NCBI GenBank assembly: GCA_015233155.1
Contig: JADFYG010000002.1
Span: 110,734-174,733 of the forward strand
DNA: 64,000 nucleotides
From: Candidatus Rifleibacteriota bacterium
GTDB taxonomy: Bacteria > Muiribacteriota > Ozemobacteria > Ozemobacterales > Ozemobacteraceae
Reading direction: 5' to 3'
This document shows positions 51,622 to 61,409 of the stretch, piece after piece; the first letter of the stretch is position 1; each line of letters starts with the position of its first letter. The position numbers and the translations under genes were made by a program. The notes beneath the pieces were generated by a model. The model was not told the origin of the DNA. It was given only the letters and a program-made list of their open reading frames with translations, and made no database searches.

Positions 51622-52707
51622 ATGCGACGTATATTATCTGCATTGATAGGTTTTTCTCTCTTTGTCGGGACTCTTGTTTTTGTTCCGACCCTCTATGCCG
51701 GAACTCTTGAACAGTGGTCTGGCCGCCTTGAAGCTGTCGAAGATCAGGAAATCCGACAAACCCTCCAGAACAGCATTATCGCAGGTCTGATTGTCAGTCC
51801 AGCCGATTTTGATACCGCTCTCGCGTGTGCAAATTCTCGTAAAAATGGCGGAAACCCACATAACGGCGGAAACACAAATGGTGGGAGTCTGAATGAGACC
51901 ATAGCCAAATTGTCCGCTTCTATTCCTCAGCTTGATCGCGACGCAGTCGCTGCACAAAAAGGTGACGGAATGCGCGGACATCTTTTCGAACCTATAATTG
52001 GGAATCTGCCCCCCAGCTTCGAAGCAGCATACAATCTGGCCATAAAATTTGATCCGCGGTCCGGAACGAATGACGCCCCACGTCTCGACAAAGACATTGA
52101 CGCCTTTTTGGCAGTCATTGCTGACGACCCCGTTATCAAACAGGCACTGAGTTCGACCGGCACAACTATAAGCGATCTTAAGCGCAACTGGTTTGGCCCC
52201 GGATTGGGCTTTGAACACGTAATCGCAGGCGAAATCAAAGGCAGTGAAGTCAGCGGATACCATTGGTGGTATAAGTTTTATCGTGATGAAATTGCAGGCA
52301 ATGCGAAATACATATCGACTATGGGCAATGTAGGTGACCAGCATGCTTATACCGGCCAGTTCTCCTGGGACCCGGACGGCGACGGCCCGCTACCTCGTGC
52401 CGTCAAGCACAAAGGCGGCTTCATTATAGGAAATTCCGTTCAGGCAATTTTGGCTCTCGGTCATATAGCTATTGAGTCAGCCCGTAAGCTCGGAAACATT
52501 CCAGGCGCCTTCACTTTCGACGCGAATGTTAACGGTGAAACCTTTACTTGGCAATGTTACACGATTAGCGGCTCAATCCGAAGTCTTTATCCGATGGGTG
52601 GAAAAGCGGGGTTGCCGGCTCCGGCAGATGCAAGTCGAGAGTATTACGAGCTGGAAGAAGATGCAGCGAAGGCCTTGAATCACGCAGGAAGTCTTACAGT
52701 TCACTAA
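51622..52707 (+). CDS. Secreted EndoU (XendoU-type) ribonuclease-like protein
   Basis: Signal peptide; GFEHVIAGEIK...VSGYH.WY.FY (two catalytic His) and K..GGF.IG.S motifs. Confidence 0.75.
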   Translation: MRRILSALIGFSLFVGTLVFVPTLYAGTLEQWSGRLEAVEDQEIRQTLQNSIIAGLIVSPADFDTALACANSRKNGGNPHNGGNTNGGSLNETIAKLSASIPQLDRDAVAAQKGDGMRGHLFEPIIGNLPPSFEAAYNLAIKFDPRSGTNDAPRLDKDIDAFLAVIADDPVIKQALSSTGTTISDLKRNWFGPGLGFEHVIAGEIKGSEVSGYHWWYKFYRDEIAGNAKYISTMGNVGDQHAYTGQFSWDPDGDGPLPRAVKHKGGFIIGNSVQAILALGHIAIESARKLGNIPGAFTFDANVNGETFTWQCYTISGSIRSLYPMGGKAGLPAPADASREYYELEEDAAKALNHAGSLTVH

Positions 52708-53442
52708 TTATTTGCCAGCGAGACGCAAGCGGTTAACCTCTATGTGAGCCAGACGCGTTGGCTCCGGGAGTCGATACTGGCGGCAGCCTGAAAGCGTAAG
52801 GCTGATTGCTCCGGCAATGTCTATGAGATGCCCGGGAGAAATCCAAAGAGGTTTAACACCGCGTTTTGTTCTAACGAGCGCCCCGATGATTTCGTCGCGA
52901 TCGATAATCGGAGTATGCGCTCCCACTTCATCCGCCGGCTCCATGGCTTCTCCAATCAGACGACTTTTTGCAACACCGACAGTTGGAACACCCAGTCGGA
53001 GACCGATATGAGCCGCGATGCCGAGGCGCCTCGGGTGCGCAATTCCTTGTCCGTCAAACAAAAAAGCGTCTGGGGCGGTCTTTAAGCGATCGATAGCTTG
53101 AACTACTATTGGCCCCTCACGAAATGCAAGAAACCCGGGAATATAAGGAAACATTGCCTTTCCTGATGCCCCAGCGATTTCAACAATACGATTTTCAGCA
53201 AGATCGTAGATGACAGCCGCCGCCCATATATGCGATCCGCGCCATTCGCATGAACAATCGATTCCTGCAACAAAGCGTATATGATGCAGAGGATTAGTCA
53301 GAACCAATCGCTTTACGAGTCGGCGTTGAAGCTCAACAGCCTCAGCCGGCGTCAGATTCCATGGATGATTTAGGTCATCATCATTCGAAGAGACGAACGT
53401 CGATGATTTCTGATCCTGCCCACACGCCAGGGAAAAAACCAT
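52708..53442 (-). CDS. nfi: Endonuclease V (deoxyinosine 3' endonuclease)
   Basis: VAGID, FPYIPGFLAFRE, DGQGIAHPRRLGIA.H.G, GVAKS, SPGH and YRLPEPTR.AH motifs; start uncertain. Confidence 0.93.
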   Translation of the reverse strand: MVFSLACGQDQKSSTFVSSNDDDLNHPWNLTPAEAVELQRRLVKRLVLTNPLHHIRFVAGIDCSCEWRGSHIWAAAVIYDLAENRIVEIAGASGKAMFPYIPGFLAFREGPIVVQAIDRLKTAPDAFLFDGQGIAHPRRLGIAAHIGLRLGVPTVGVAKSRLIGEAMEPADEVGAHTPIIDRDEIIGALVRTKRGVKPLWISPGHLIDIAGAISLTLSGCRQYRLPEPTRLAHIEVNRLRLAGK

Positions 53443-53470
53443 GGGCGTTGACGAAATACTACCGAGATAA

Positions 53471-54904
53471 TCAGTGCAGAATCTGCAGCCACTGATCAAT
53501 TATTTTTAAAACATCTGGGTGACACGCCAAGGCAAGATGATTCAGTTTTAATTCTTTCATGCCTAACAGAGATGCCCCACGTTTGAGCGCATTCGTCGTA
53601 GCCCTCGCCGAGCAGAGAGGCAGGAGTCCGTCGCCATCCGGAGTGAAATATTCCCATGGCATCGGAACAACTTTCCCATCAATAAAGGTGATATAGGGAG
53701 AGGTGCCAGCAATCACGCCAAGCCTTATCGAAGGATCCAACCCCTTATCTTCCAGACGGTAGATCAGTCGCTCGCCTTGTTCTATGGCGGCGTCGATTCC
53801 ACGCGACTTCAGGAACATTGATGTCCCGCCATTATATAGAGCAAGCATACTGACACCAGCATCTGGCGTAAGGCTATCCAGACCCAGGGGTAGGCGCGAG
53901 CTCTTATTTTTACTGAATTGTTTGACATCCTGAATGAAAAGGTCCAGATTCAATGGAGCGGACTCATCGCGAACCAAGTTATACAGCAGCTGACATTGCC
54001 CTGGGAAATAATTCTTCGACGTGTCAGTATAGATCGACAGATCCGCGGTATTCTGCCACATACCGTAGAGCAACATTGCTTCAGCACCAATGGCAGCCCC
54101 GATACTGTGATCAGCCGCGGCCGCGAGGTTGAGTCCATAGTATCGAAACGCAGTGTCAATACCCTTGAACGGGCATGCGATAGCGATGAATGCCCGGACG
54201 TCTTTTCTGAAAGGAGTCAGAAAAGTCTTCCGGGGGAAAATCGATCGCCCGTCAGAGCAGTAAAGACGAGCTGCAACATTCCCTTTTGAATGGGCGATAA
54301 CATCGACTTTAAAATTCGGATCGTCGGTCTTATGCATTAAAATGCGAATACGTCGAATAGCATCCGCAATCTGTTCGGCCTGCAGAAAATTATCGCCCTG
54401 TCCATGTGCAAACGTTACTGCGAACACAGAATAGCCAAGCTTGGACAACCAGTATGCATAGCCACGGATAATTTTCTGATTGGTGTCGAAGTCAGCAGGA
54501 CACTCCGAAGTCCCAGGATGCATCCAGGCACGATTTGCATTATCAGCACAGCCATGGACAAGGAGAATGGGAACAGGAAAAGTTTTTCCCGACCATCCAG
54601 GGGCACAATGCAATAGAAAACGACTGGATGGCGGAGTATCACGACCACCGAACCATTTCACGATCAACGAACTTTGTTGATGTCCTGCCGGGTGAAAGGC
54701 CTCCTGAATAAATGCTTTGTGCATGTCAGCGAGTCGTTCTACACGCTCCCAGGGGGCTGCTTCAGATGCTGTAAAAATCGCTTCCGGTTCAGGGTTGAAC
54801 TGTTCGGAAGCCGGCAAACTGGGACAAACACAGGCGAGAAGAAGGGTAATAATAGATCTTATTATGAGCAGACGTCGCCATGATAAGTGACGAGTGGATT
54901 TCAA
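53471..54904 (-). CDS. Secreted alpha/beta hydrolase (lipase-like)
   Basis: PILLVHG, nucleophile elbow AHSKG, DGLLP and C-terminal His; signal peptide. Confidence 0.8.
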   Translation of the reverse strand: MKSTRHLSWRRLLIIRSIITLLLACVCPSLPASEQFNPEPEAIFTASEAAPWERVERLADMHKAFIQEAFHPAGHQQSSLIVKWFGGRDTPPSSRFLLHCAPGWSGKTFPVPILLVHGCADNANRAWMHPGTSECPADFDTNQKIIRGYAYWLSKLGYSVFAVTFAHGQGDNFLQAEQIADAIRRIRILMHKTDDPNFKVDVIAHSKGNVAARLYCSDGRSIFPRKTFLTPFRKDVRAFIAIACPFKGIDTAFRYYGLNLAAAADHSIGAAIGAEAMLLYGMWQNTADLSIYTDTSKNYFPGQCQLLYNLVRDESAPLNLDLFIQDVKQFSKNKSSRLPLGLDSLTPDAGVSMLALYNGGTSMFLKSRGIDAAIEQGERLIYRLEDKGLDPSIRLGVIAGTSPYITFIDGKVVPMPWEYFTPDGDGLLPLCSARATTNALKRGASLLGMKELKLNHLALACHPDVLKIIDQWLQILH

Positions 54905-55016
54905 AATTAACCTCCCATCCCGCTGTTGAATCGAATTTCAAAAATCAAAAGTATATTTGTTAATTGTATGAATTTCTCAGGATGTGTCAATATTTCCACA
55001 CAGATGAACAAAAATA

Positions 55017-55382
55017 TCAGAATCTTCTGTGACGAATGCCGTCAATAATATGCATTAGCGCTAGCAGTGGCCGAACAAAAAGAAGTCTTGGACCCGCAAA
55101 ACGCATCACTTCGCGCACTGCTTTGCGTGATTCAACAGAGTAACAATGGATTTTACAATTTGCACATGTGGGCTTGTCTGAGCCGAACGGGCAGCGGGAA
55201 AGTCTTGTCCGGGCTATGTTTTTTAACTCGAAACACGTTTTACAAAGCCGGCTGTTTTTTTCATGCGAGGGCTTGTCCTGACATGTCTCCGGTCTGTTAT
55301 GGCCATGATCACAATATATTTGGATCATAGCTGCAATAGTGCGATATTCCCTTGTGAGACGGTCTTTGCACGGAAAAAACAT
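55017..55382 (-). CDS. YgbA family (nitrous oxide-stimulated promoter) protein
   Basis: RE..TI..MI.IYC...H, RL..CPFG..KPTC..C.IHCY and VMRFAGPR motifs. Confidence 0.88.
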   Translation of the reverse strand: MFFPCKDRLTREYRTIAAMIQIYCDHGHNRPETCQDKPSHEKNSRLCKTCFELKNIARTRLSRCPFGSDKPTCANCKIHCYSVESRKAVREVMRFAGPRLLFVRPLLALMHIIDGIRHRRF

Positions 55383-55588
55383 CATTACCTCCATGGATTT
55401 TTCCTGTATTACGTCAGTGAAGTTTCGCACATTTATACCGGCCGTGGAACTTCACTCCAGGAACTTGTTGGCGGGAAATGTGCAAAAGTCCATCGTCACA
55501 AGAATAAAACTATGCTCGTATATGGTCAAGAAACGGAATATCATATTAGATAATGTCGGTTTTTTGATCGTTGTATCAGGAGGGTATC

Positions 55589-56044
55589 ATGTCAAAGCTA
55601 TTGAGAGTCCTTCAGCGGGAACAATGTATCGGGTGTCTGAGCTGTATGCTTGCGTGCAGTCGATCATGGTTTGCAGCGCTGACGGTTGAAAAAGCTGCGT
55701 TGCGCATTCGCAATTACGCTGGTGTCGAAGGAGCTTTTTCAATCAGAGCTTGCTACGGTTGTCTGGAACCTGACTGTGCACGAGCATGTCCGACGGGAGC
55801 GTTGTCCAATCGTTCCGGTGGTGGAGTGATTCTCGACGTCAAAAAATGCGATAACTGCGGTGATTGTGTCAAAGCATGTGTTCCCAAAGCCCTCCAGTGG
55901 GATGTTGAAGCGCGCCAGCCGATTCCATGTCGTCACTGCGGGATCTGCACCGGATTTTGTCCAAATGCGGTTATCGGTATGACGGATTCCGACGCAGGCA
56001 CCAATGGCCCCGACATGATCAAACCGGCCCGAAAGGATCAATGA
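55589..56044 (+). CDS. 4Fe-4S dicluster electron-transfer subunit
   Basis: CIGCLSCMLAC, C..C.EP.C..ACP, C..CGDCVKAC and C.HCG.C..FCP motifs; GGAGG RBS. Confidence 0.9.
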   Translation: MSKLLRVLQREQCIGCLSCMLACSRSWFAALTVEKAALRIRNYAGVEGAFSIRACYGCLEPDCARACPTGALSNRSGGGVILDVKKCDNCGDCVKACVPKALQWDVEARQPIPCRHCGICTGFCPNAVIGMTDSDAGTNGPDMIKPARKDQ

Positions 56045-57813
56045 CGATGGCTACGCGCAAATTTCAAATGATGGATGTGAACCTCACGACAGGCGAGTCA
56101 GGAATAACTGATATTTCCGACTTGTTTGACGAATTTCTTGGTGGGACTGGCGTTGCAACTAAACTGTTGTCGGAAATGCCTCCCGGGATGGATTCATATT
56201 CTGCGGAAGCCCCTGTGATCTTTGCCATCGGACCATTCGACACAATATTTCCGGTTGCAACAAAGACTGTGGCATTGTTCAAGTCTCCCCTCACCGGAAA
56301 TCTTGGCGAGTCACACGCCGGTGGACGCCTGGCTATGGCAATGTATGGAGCCGGTATTCACGTACTGCGTATCAGGGGGCGTGCTCCAACATTGTCATAT
56401 CTCGTAATAGATGAAGAGACGGCTGTTGTGAAACGTGCCAACTCTCTCAAGGGAATGTCGGCTCTCGCGACTGAGCGGATGTTGCGCGACCGTGAAGATT
56501 CCGAATTCAAGCGATCTATTATTCGTATCGGTCCGGCCGGCGAAAGGTTGTCGCCAATCGGTGAAGTTACCGTCGATGCCGCGCGACATTTCGGACGTCT
56601 TGGCCTTGGAGGTGTTCTTGGTTCAAAAAATCTTAAAGCCATCATGATTTCCGGAGGCAAATACTGGAAGATTGATAATAAGGGACAATTCAATATCTTC
56701 TACAAGAAGCTTTATGACAGTGTCGTAAACTCACCACTCATGAAAAAATATCACGAACTTGGAACATCGGTAAACGTAATTCCACTGTCGAAAATCAATG
56801 GAATGCCGACTCGAAATTTTAGCCAGGGCTCATTCGAGGGCGCGCGTGAAATCAGCGGCGAACGTTTTGCCGAGAAACATCTCAATCAACAGATAGCCTG
56901 TGCGCACTGCCAGGTTGGTTGCATTCACGTAGCTTCGCTTCGTGAACGATTCAGTGCCGAAGATCAGCATTACAAGACGTTCAAGGTATCATATGATCAC
57001 GAACTTATTTATGCCTGGGGCTCCAATCTTTCAATAGGTTCGACGGAAGAAATTTTGCGCCTGTTGCTTATCGTAGAAAAACAAGGCTGGGACGCCATTT
57101 CAATGGGTACAACTCTTGCTTGGACGGTTGACGCCTACGCTCATGGCTTCATAGGTGATAAGGAAACAGTTGGTTTGATTCCTGCATTTGGCGATGCGAA
57201 GACGTTTGAAAAAATGCTCGGTCGCATTATATCCGGGCATAACGAGTTTTATCGCAGTCTTGAAAAAGGTTCCGTTTTTTGTGCGCGCATTTATGGTGGA
57301 AAAGAATATTCAATCGCTTTTGGAGGAAATGAAGCAGCCGGATATTCGACAGGATTATGGGGATTTCTCGGTTACGCGACAGGAGTTCGCCATTCACATC
57401 TTGATGCGGCTGGTTATTCGATTGATCAAGGCAATATATCCAATCCGCAAAGCGACGAAATACTCACCAGAAATTTATATAATGAATCCGTCTGGAGAAT
57501 GATCCTGAATTCGCTTGTCATATGTCTATTTGCGCGAAATGTCTATACGAAAGAAATTATTCTCGAAGGACTTGATGTATTAGGCATTAGTGGCTGGACC
57601 GAAGATCGTCTGATCAAGACTTCACGACACATTCACGCACTAAAATACAAATTCAAGGAAGATTGCGGTTTTAAATTTGAGGACCAGGAGCTTCCGGGAC
57701 GATTGCTCAGGACGGTCACCAGCAGTGGGATGCTATCGAGCGAACGCTTCCGCACTGAAATCGATCGGTACAAGTCATTCATTGCCGATGATCGGCGGTC
57801 TTTGGGAATATGA
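56041..57813 (+). CDS. Aldehyde:ferredoxin oxidoreductase family (W/Mo) protein
   Basis: FLGG.G, KSPLTG..GES..GG, IGPAGE, GR.GLG.V.GSKNLKAI, PTRNF and C..C.VGC motifs; ATGA overlap with the ferredoxin gene. Confidence 0.9.
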   Translation: MTMATRKFQMMDVNLTTGESGITDISDLFDEFLGGTGVATKLLSEMPPGMDSYSAEAPVIFAIGPFDTIFPVATKTVALFKSPLTGNLGESHAGGRLAMAMYGAGIHVLRIRGRAPTLSYLVIDEETAVVKRANSLKGMSALATERMLRDREDSEFKRSIIRIGPAGERLSPIGEVTVDAARHFGRLGLGGVLGSKNLKAIMISGGKYWKIDNKGQFNIFYKKLYDSVVNSPLMKKYHELGTSVNVIPLSKINGMPTRNFSQGSFEGAREISGERFAEKHLNQQIACAHCQVGCIHVASLRERFSAEDQHYKTFKVSYDHELIYAWGSNLSIGSTEEILRLLLIVEKQGWDAISMGTTLAWTVDAYAHGFIGDKETVGLIPAFGDAKTFEKMLGRIISGHNEFYRSLEKGSVFCARIYGGKEYSIAFGGNEAAGYSTGLWGFLGYATGVRHSHLDAAGYSIDQGNISNPQSDEILTRNLYNESVWRMILNSLVICLFARNVYTKEIILEGLDVLGISGWTEDRLIKTSRHIHALKYKFKEDCGFKFEDQELPGRLLRTVTSSGMLSSERFRTEIDRYKSFIADDRRSLGI

Positions 57814-57828
57814 AGCTTACTGGCCACT

Positions 57829-60800
57829 CTATTTGTATGCCGGTTTATTATCCGATTTACTGAATCGTCGAAGTACATTCTCAATAGTTTCCATGCTTAC
57901 AGGTTTGGCTAGATAATCGTCCATACCCGCTTCTATGCAATGGTCACGATCTCCGGACATGGCCATGGCAGTCAAAGCAATCACCGGAGTGTGTGATCGT
58001 CCTTCAGCGGCTTCTATGCTGCGAATTGTATGAGTCGCGGTGAAACCATCCATTTCAGGCATCTGGCAATCCATGAGAATCAAATCGAACTTCTTTCGTT
58101 TGAAACATTCTATTGCCGAAAAACCAGTTTCCGCGACTTCGACACGACAGCCAAAACATGAAATCATGGACGTCATAACTTTTTGGTTGACTACATTGTC
58201 TTCGGCAAGCAGCAAATCCATGTCATATCGATCACCGGCAATATCAGGCTTATGGGCTTCTGATGAAGCTGCTGAGTGAATATTTCCGGTCGGGATGGCG
58301 CTACCTGTCGACAAAAATTCATCGCTCTGACGAGCGATTGTTGGTGGAACTTCCTTTGGATTAACATTTTTATCGGGCAGTATCTTCGAATCTTCACTCG
58401 GAGCCATTGGCAAATCCAGATTGATGATGAATGTCGAACCTTCATTTACTCGACTGGTAAAGTCCATTGTTCCACCCATAAGATCAATCAATTGTTTGGA
58501 AATGGCCAAGCCAAGGCCGGTTCCGCCAAACTGTCGTGTTATCGTGGAGCTACCCTGCGAAAATTTCTGAAACATGGTGGCCTTTTGACTGTCCGGAATT
58601 CCTATTCCTGTATCTGAGACTTCGATGCGTATTCGCGCGTGCCCGGTCGAAGTGTCGATTGCAAAAACATCAACTGTTACGCGACCGCGTTCCGTAAATT
58701 TTATGGCATTGCCAACCAGGTTGGTGAGAATCTGGCGCAAGCGGCCGGGATCACCCAGGAATCGCCGGGGAGTCTCAGGTGAATATCGGACCAAAAACTC
58801 GAGATTTTTTTGTTCAGCGGAGGTGGAAAGAAGGCGGCGAATTGAATCGACGACAGTGGAAAGATCAAAGGGAATTATTTCGAGCGTCATTTTCCCTGCC
58901 TGGATTTTTGAAAAATCCAGTATGTCATTGATAATAGTCAGGAGAGCATTGGCTGATCCCAGGATAGTCTGGACCCATTCGCGTTCGCGCGGTGCCATGG
59001 ACGACTCGAGCAGTAATTCCGAGAAACCTATAATGCTGTTCATCGGGGTACGAATCTCATGTGACATGTTAGCCAGAAACTGGCTTTTGGCACTGTTAGC
59101 GATTTTAGCCTGTTCAAGCGCTTCGGCCAAATGTTTCTGATTTCTTTCAAGATCATTTTGTATCGACTTTTGCATTGTCAGATCGACGATAATGCCCACG
59201 AATTTATTGATCCTGCCATCCCTTTCCACGATCGGATTCAACGCAACCTGACAGGAAAGCAACGCGCCAGTGCGTGGGTGGACATATTCCGAGTCGAACA
59301 TCACTCGCTTCCCCTGCAACGACTGTTCAATGGATTTCTCGATGATCGGTTCGAAACCGTTTGGCCATATTTCGCAGAAATGATGTCCGATTATTGTTTC
59401 TGGATCGCGCCCAAGCCATTCAAGACCGGTTGGATTAACCGTACGACATTTTCCTTCGAAATCGAATAGAATTATGCAGTTCGGGGATCCCTGAACTATT
59501 GTGTGATACAAACTTTCGCTGGCTGTACGCAGTTCAGCTGATTCCTGAATATTTTCGAACGCGATGAAGCTCCCTATTAGCCCGAGGCTTAACAGCAACA
59601 TTACGATGATTCCGAAGAATCTGGCTATTGGAATTTCCTCGGATGGCCGAATAATAACCGTACTCCAGCCACTGATTTCAACCGGTGTACGCGTGATAAA
59701 CGCAGGGCGTTTTTCCCAGGAAATAATTCCTTCCTCCGGAACGGAATCAGCAAACAATGGTTTGCCGATAAGACTACCGAACCCGGAACCTGCGGAAAGA
59801 TCGGCTACTTTCGCGACTTCAGATGCTGAGAGAGGCCGAATCGGTCGGAATAAAAAATCGGGGTGGTTAGCTGCGAAAATAATTCCAAATGGATCCACCA
59901 ACATGCATGGAATGTCGTCACGCAGAAGCTGGGCCATATTCACCAACGGATTTTTTACCACGGCCGCTCCAATGGTGCCACCGGTTGGATGAAATATCGG
60001 ACAGCTTGCAAACATAGCCGGAAATTTAGAGTTCGCATCATACGCAATATATCGAGTCGGGAAGCCTCTCATGGATCTAAAGAAATATTTGCGGAACACA
60101 TCTGATGTTCCGGACGCACCTTCGGAGGAATCACTACTCGAAGTCGTCATTACTGCTCCACTCTCGTTCATGAGATAACAAGTGGAATTCTTGAATGGTA
60201 AGGAAAGACGGACGACCAGATCGTGAGCCTCAGAGACTACATTAACACATGGTTTAACTGATTTGCAGATTTCCAGGGCCTCCGGTGCGCGTGAAAGAAT
60301 TCCGGCTACGCGCTCTGTTTCGGTGAATACCTGATTTAATCTTTCGGCTATAACGCCTGAATATAAGCGTGCCGCCTGGGAGATCGAGGAATGAGCCAAC
60401 TGACCCAGCAAACATACCCCCCCCCAACCGGCGGTCAGAAGACAGAAAAGCATTACCGTGACACGTGGGCCATAACTGATTCTACGGCCATGCTGAGTTT
60501 CGCCAAGGGCTTCAAGTTCGTCATTTCCATATCTGCTTTGAGTTCGACAGAAAGCCCATATGCTGATGGTAATCCAGCAGGCTGCGCCGGCTCTCAATAT
60601 TTGGACAGGAATTCCGATTAGTCCCGTGAACGAAGTATAGTTTAGTACATTGGCGGGGAAAAATGGCGCCTCCGGTGTTATGAGACCGCTTACAATTGCA
60701 TAAAAGAGCATTCCGATAGAAGCTCCACCCAGGTAATTAGTGAAAACGCTGCCGCCATTGCCATTTTTCGACGGATATCGATCGATAAAACTTTTTTTAC

Positions 60801-61245
60801 GATTAACGTTCTCAAAGTAAAAAAGGCATCCAGCCAATAATGCACCCGGAAGGCCCAGTGTATAACGTAGAGTTGCATTTGCGCCGGCCGGACCAAACGT
60901 AAATCCGGCAACTCCTGTGGCGATTAGCGGAATATGTATCCATGCCCCGATGGAAAGAGTTTTACTCAAAGCGAGACCGCGTCGCCCGAATTCGAAGAGG
61001 CAAATGAATGAAGAGGCCATGATGATCGTTCGCACGATCGAAAAGCGAAGAGAGTCACCAAATGAGATTGCAACAAGATCGGTCCACTCGGCAAATCCGT
61101 GAATCAATCCAAAGTAAGTAAGCCAGAGCCACGGAAATGCTTTTTCCCGAGCGTGAAAGATTAGCGTTTGCGCCGCAAGCAATATAAACGAAAGACCGTA
61201 AACGGCGAAAACAAAATCGAGCTGGTTTTGAAAAAAATCCGTCAG
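57829..61245 (-). CDS. Membrane hybrid sensor histidine kinase/response regulator
   Basis: TM sensor, PAS domain, FLANMSHEIRTP, NLVGNAIKFT, DTGIGI, GGTGLGL and receiver (AEDN, LMDCQMP, AKP); frame stays open past the ORF-track TTG to a CTG at 61245. Confidence 0.92.
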   Translation of the reverse strand: MTDFFQNQLDFVFAVYGLSFILLAAQTLIFHAREKAFPWLWLTYFGLIHGFAEWTDLVAISFGDSLRFSIVRTIIMASSFICLFEFGRRGLALSKTLSIGAWIHIPLIATGVAGFTFGPAGANATLRYTLGLPGALLAGCLFYFENVNRKKSFIDRYPSKNGNGGSVFTNYLGGASIGMLFYAIVSGLITPEAPFFPANVLNYTSFTGLIGIPVQILRAGAACWITISIWAFCRTQSRYGNDELEALGETQHGRRISYGPRVTVMLFCLLTAGWGGVCLLGQLAHSSISQAARLYSGVIAERLNQVFTETERVAGILSRAPEALEICKSVKPCVNVVSEAHDLVVRLSLPFKNSTCYLMNESGAVMTTSSSDSSEGASGTSDVFRKYFFRSMRGFPTRYIAYDANSKFPAMFASCPIFHPTGGTIGAAVVKNPLVNMAQLLRDDIPCMLVDPFGIIFAANHPDFLFRPIRPLSASEVAKVADLSAGSGFGSLIGKPLFADSVPEEGIISWEKRPAFITRTPVEISGWSTVIIRPSEEIPIARFFGIIVMLLLSLGLIGSFIAFENIQESAELRTASESLYHTIVQGSPNCIILFDFEGKCRTVNPTGLEWLGRDPETIIGHHFCEIWPNGFEPIIEKSIEQSLQGKRVMFDSEYVHPRTGALLSCQVALNPIVERDGRINKFVGIIVDLTMQKSIQNDLERNQKHLAEALEQAKIANSAKSQFLANMSHEIRTPMNSIIGFSELLLESSMAPREREWVQTILGSANALLTIINDILDFSKIQAGKMTLEIIPFDLSTVVDSIRRLLSTSAEQKNLEFLVRYSPETPRRFLGDPGRLRQILTNLVGNAIKFTERGRVTVDVFAIDTSTGHARIRIEVSDTGIGIPDSQKATMFQKFSQGSSTITRQFGGTGLGLAISKQLIDLMGGTMDFTSRVNEGSTFIINLDLPMAPSEDSKILPDKNVNPKEVPPTIARQSDEFLSTGSAIPTGNIHSAASSEAHKPDIAGDRYDMDLLLAEDNVVNQKVMTSMISCFGCRVEVAETGFSAIECFKRKKFDLILMDCQMPEMDGFTATHTIRSIEAAEGRSHTPVIALTAMAMSGDRDHCIEAGMDDYLAKPVSMETIENVLRRFSKSDNKPAYK

Positions 61246-61316
61246 ATCAATATATCCTTATGATGAAGTTGTAAATATATCCTGTGAGGCACTTACAATA
61301 TTCACGAGATATCACG

Positions 61317-61344
61317 CAGGGGCGGGTTCGAAACCCGCCCCTAC
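61317..61344. repeat. GTAG-type REP-like hairpin, possibly also a terminator
   Basis: Minus strand GTAGGGGCGGGTTTCGAACCCGCCCCTGC. Confidence 0.55.
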
Positions 61345-61409
61345 AAATGGACGATGCGTATTCACTCATGATTGCCACATAATTTGGCAAGTTGCTCCTG
61401 TGAATAGCA

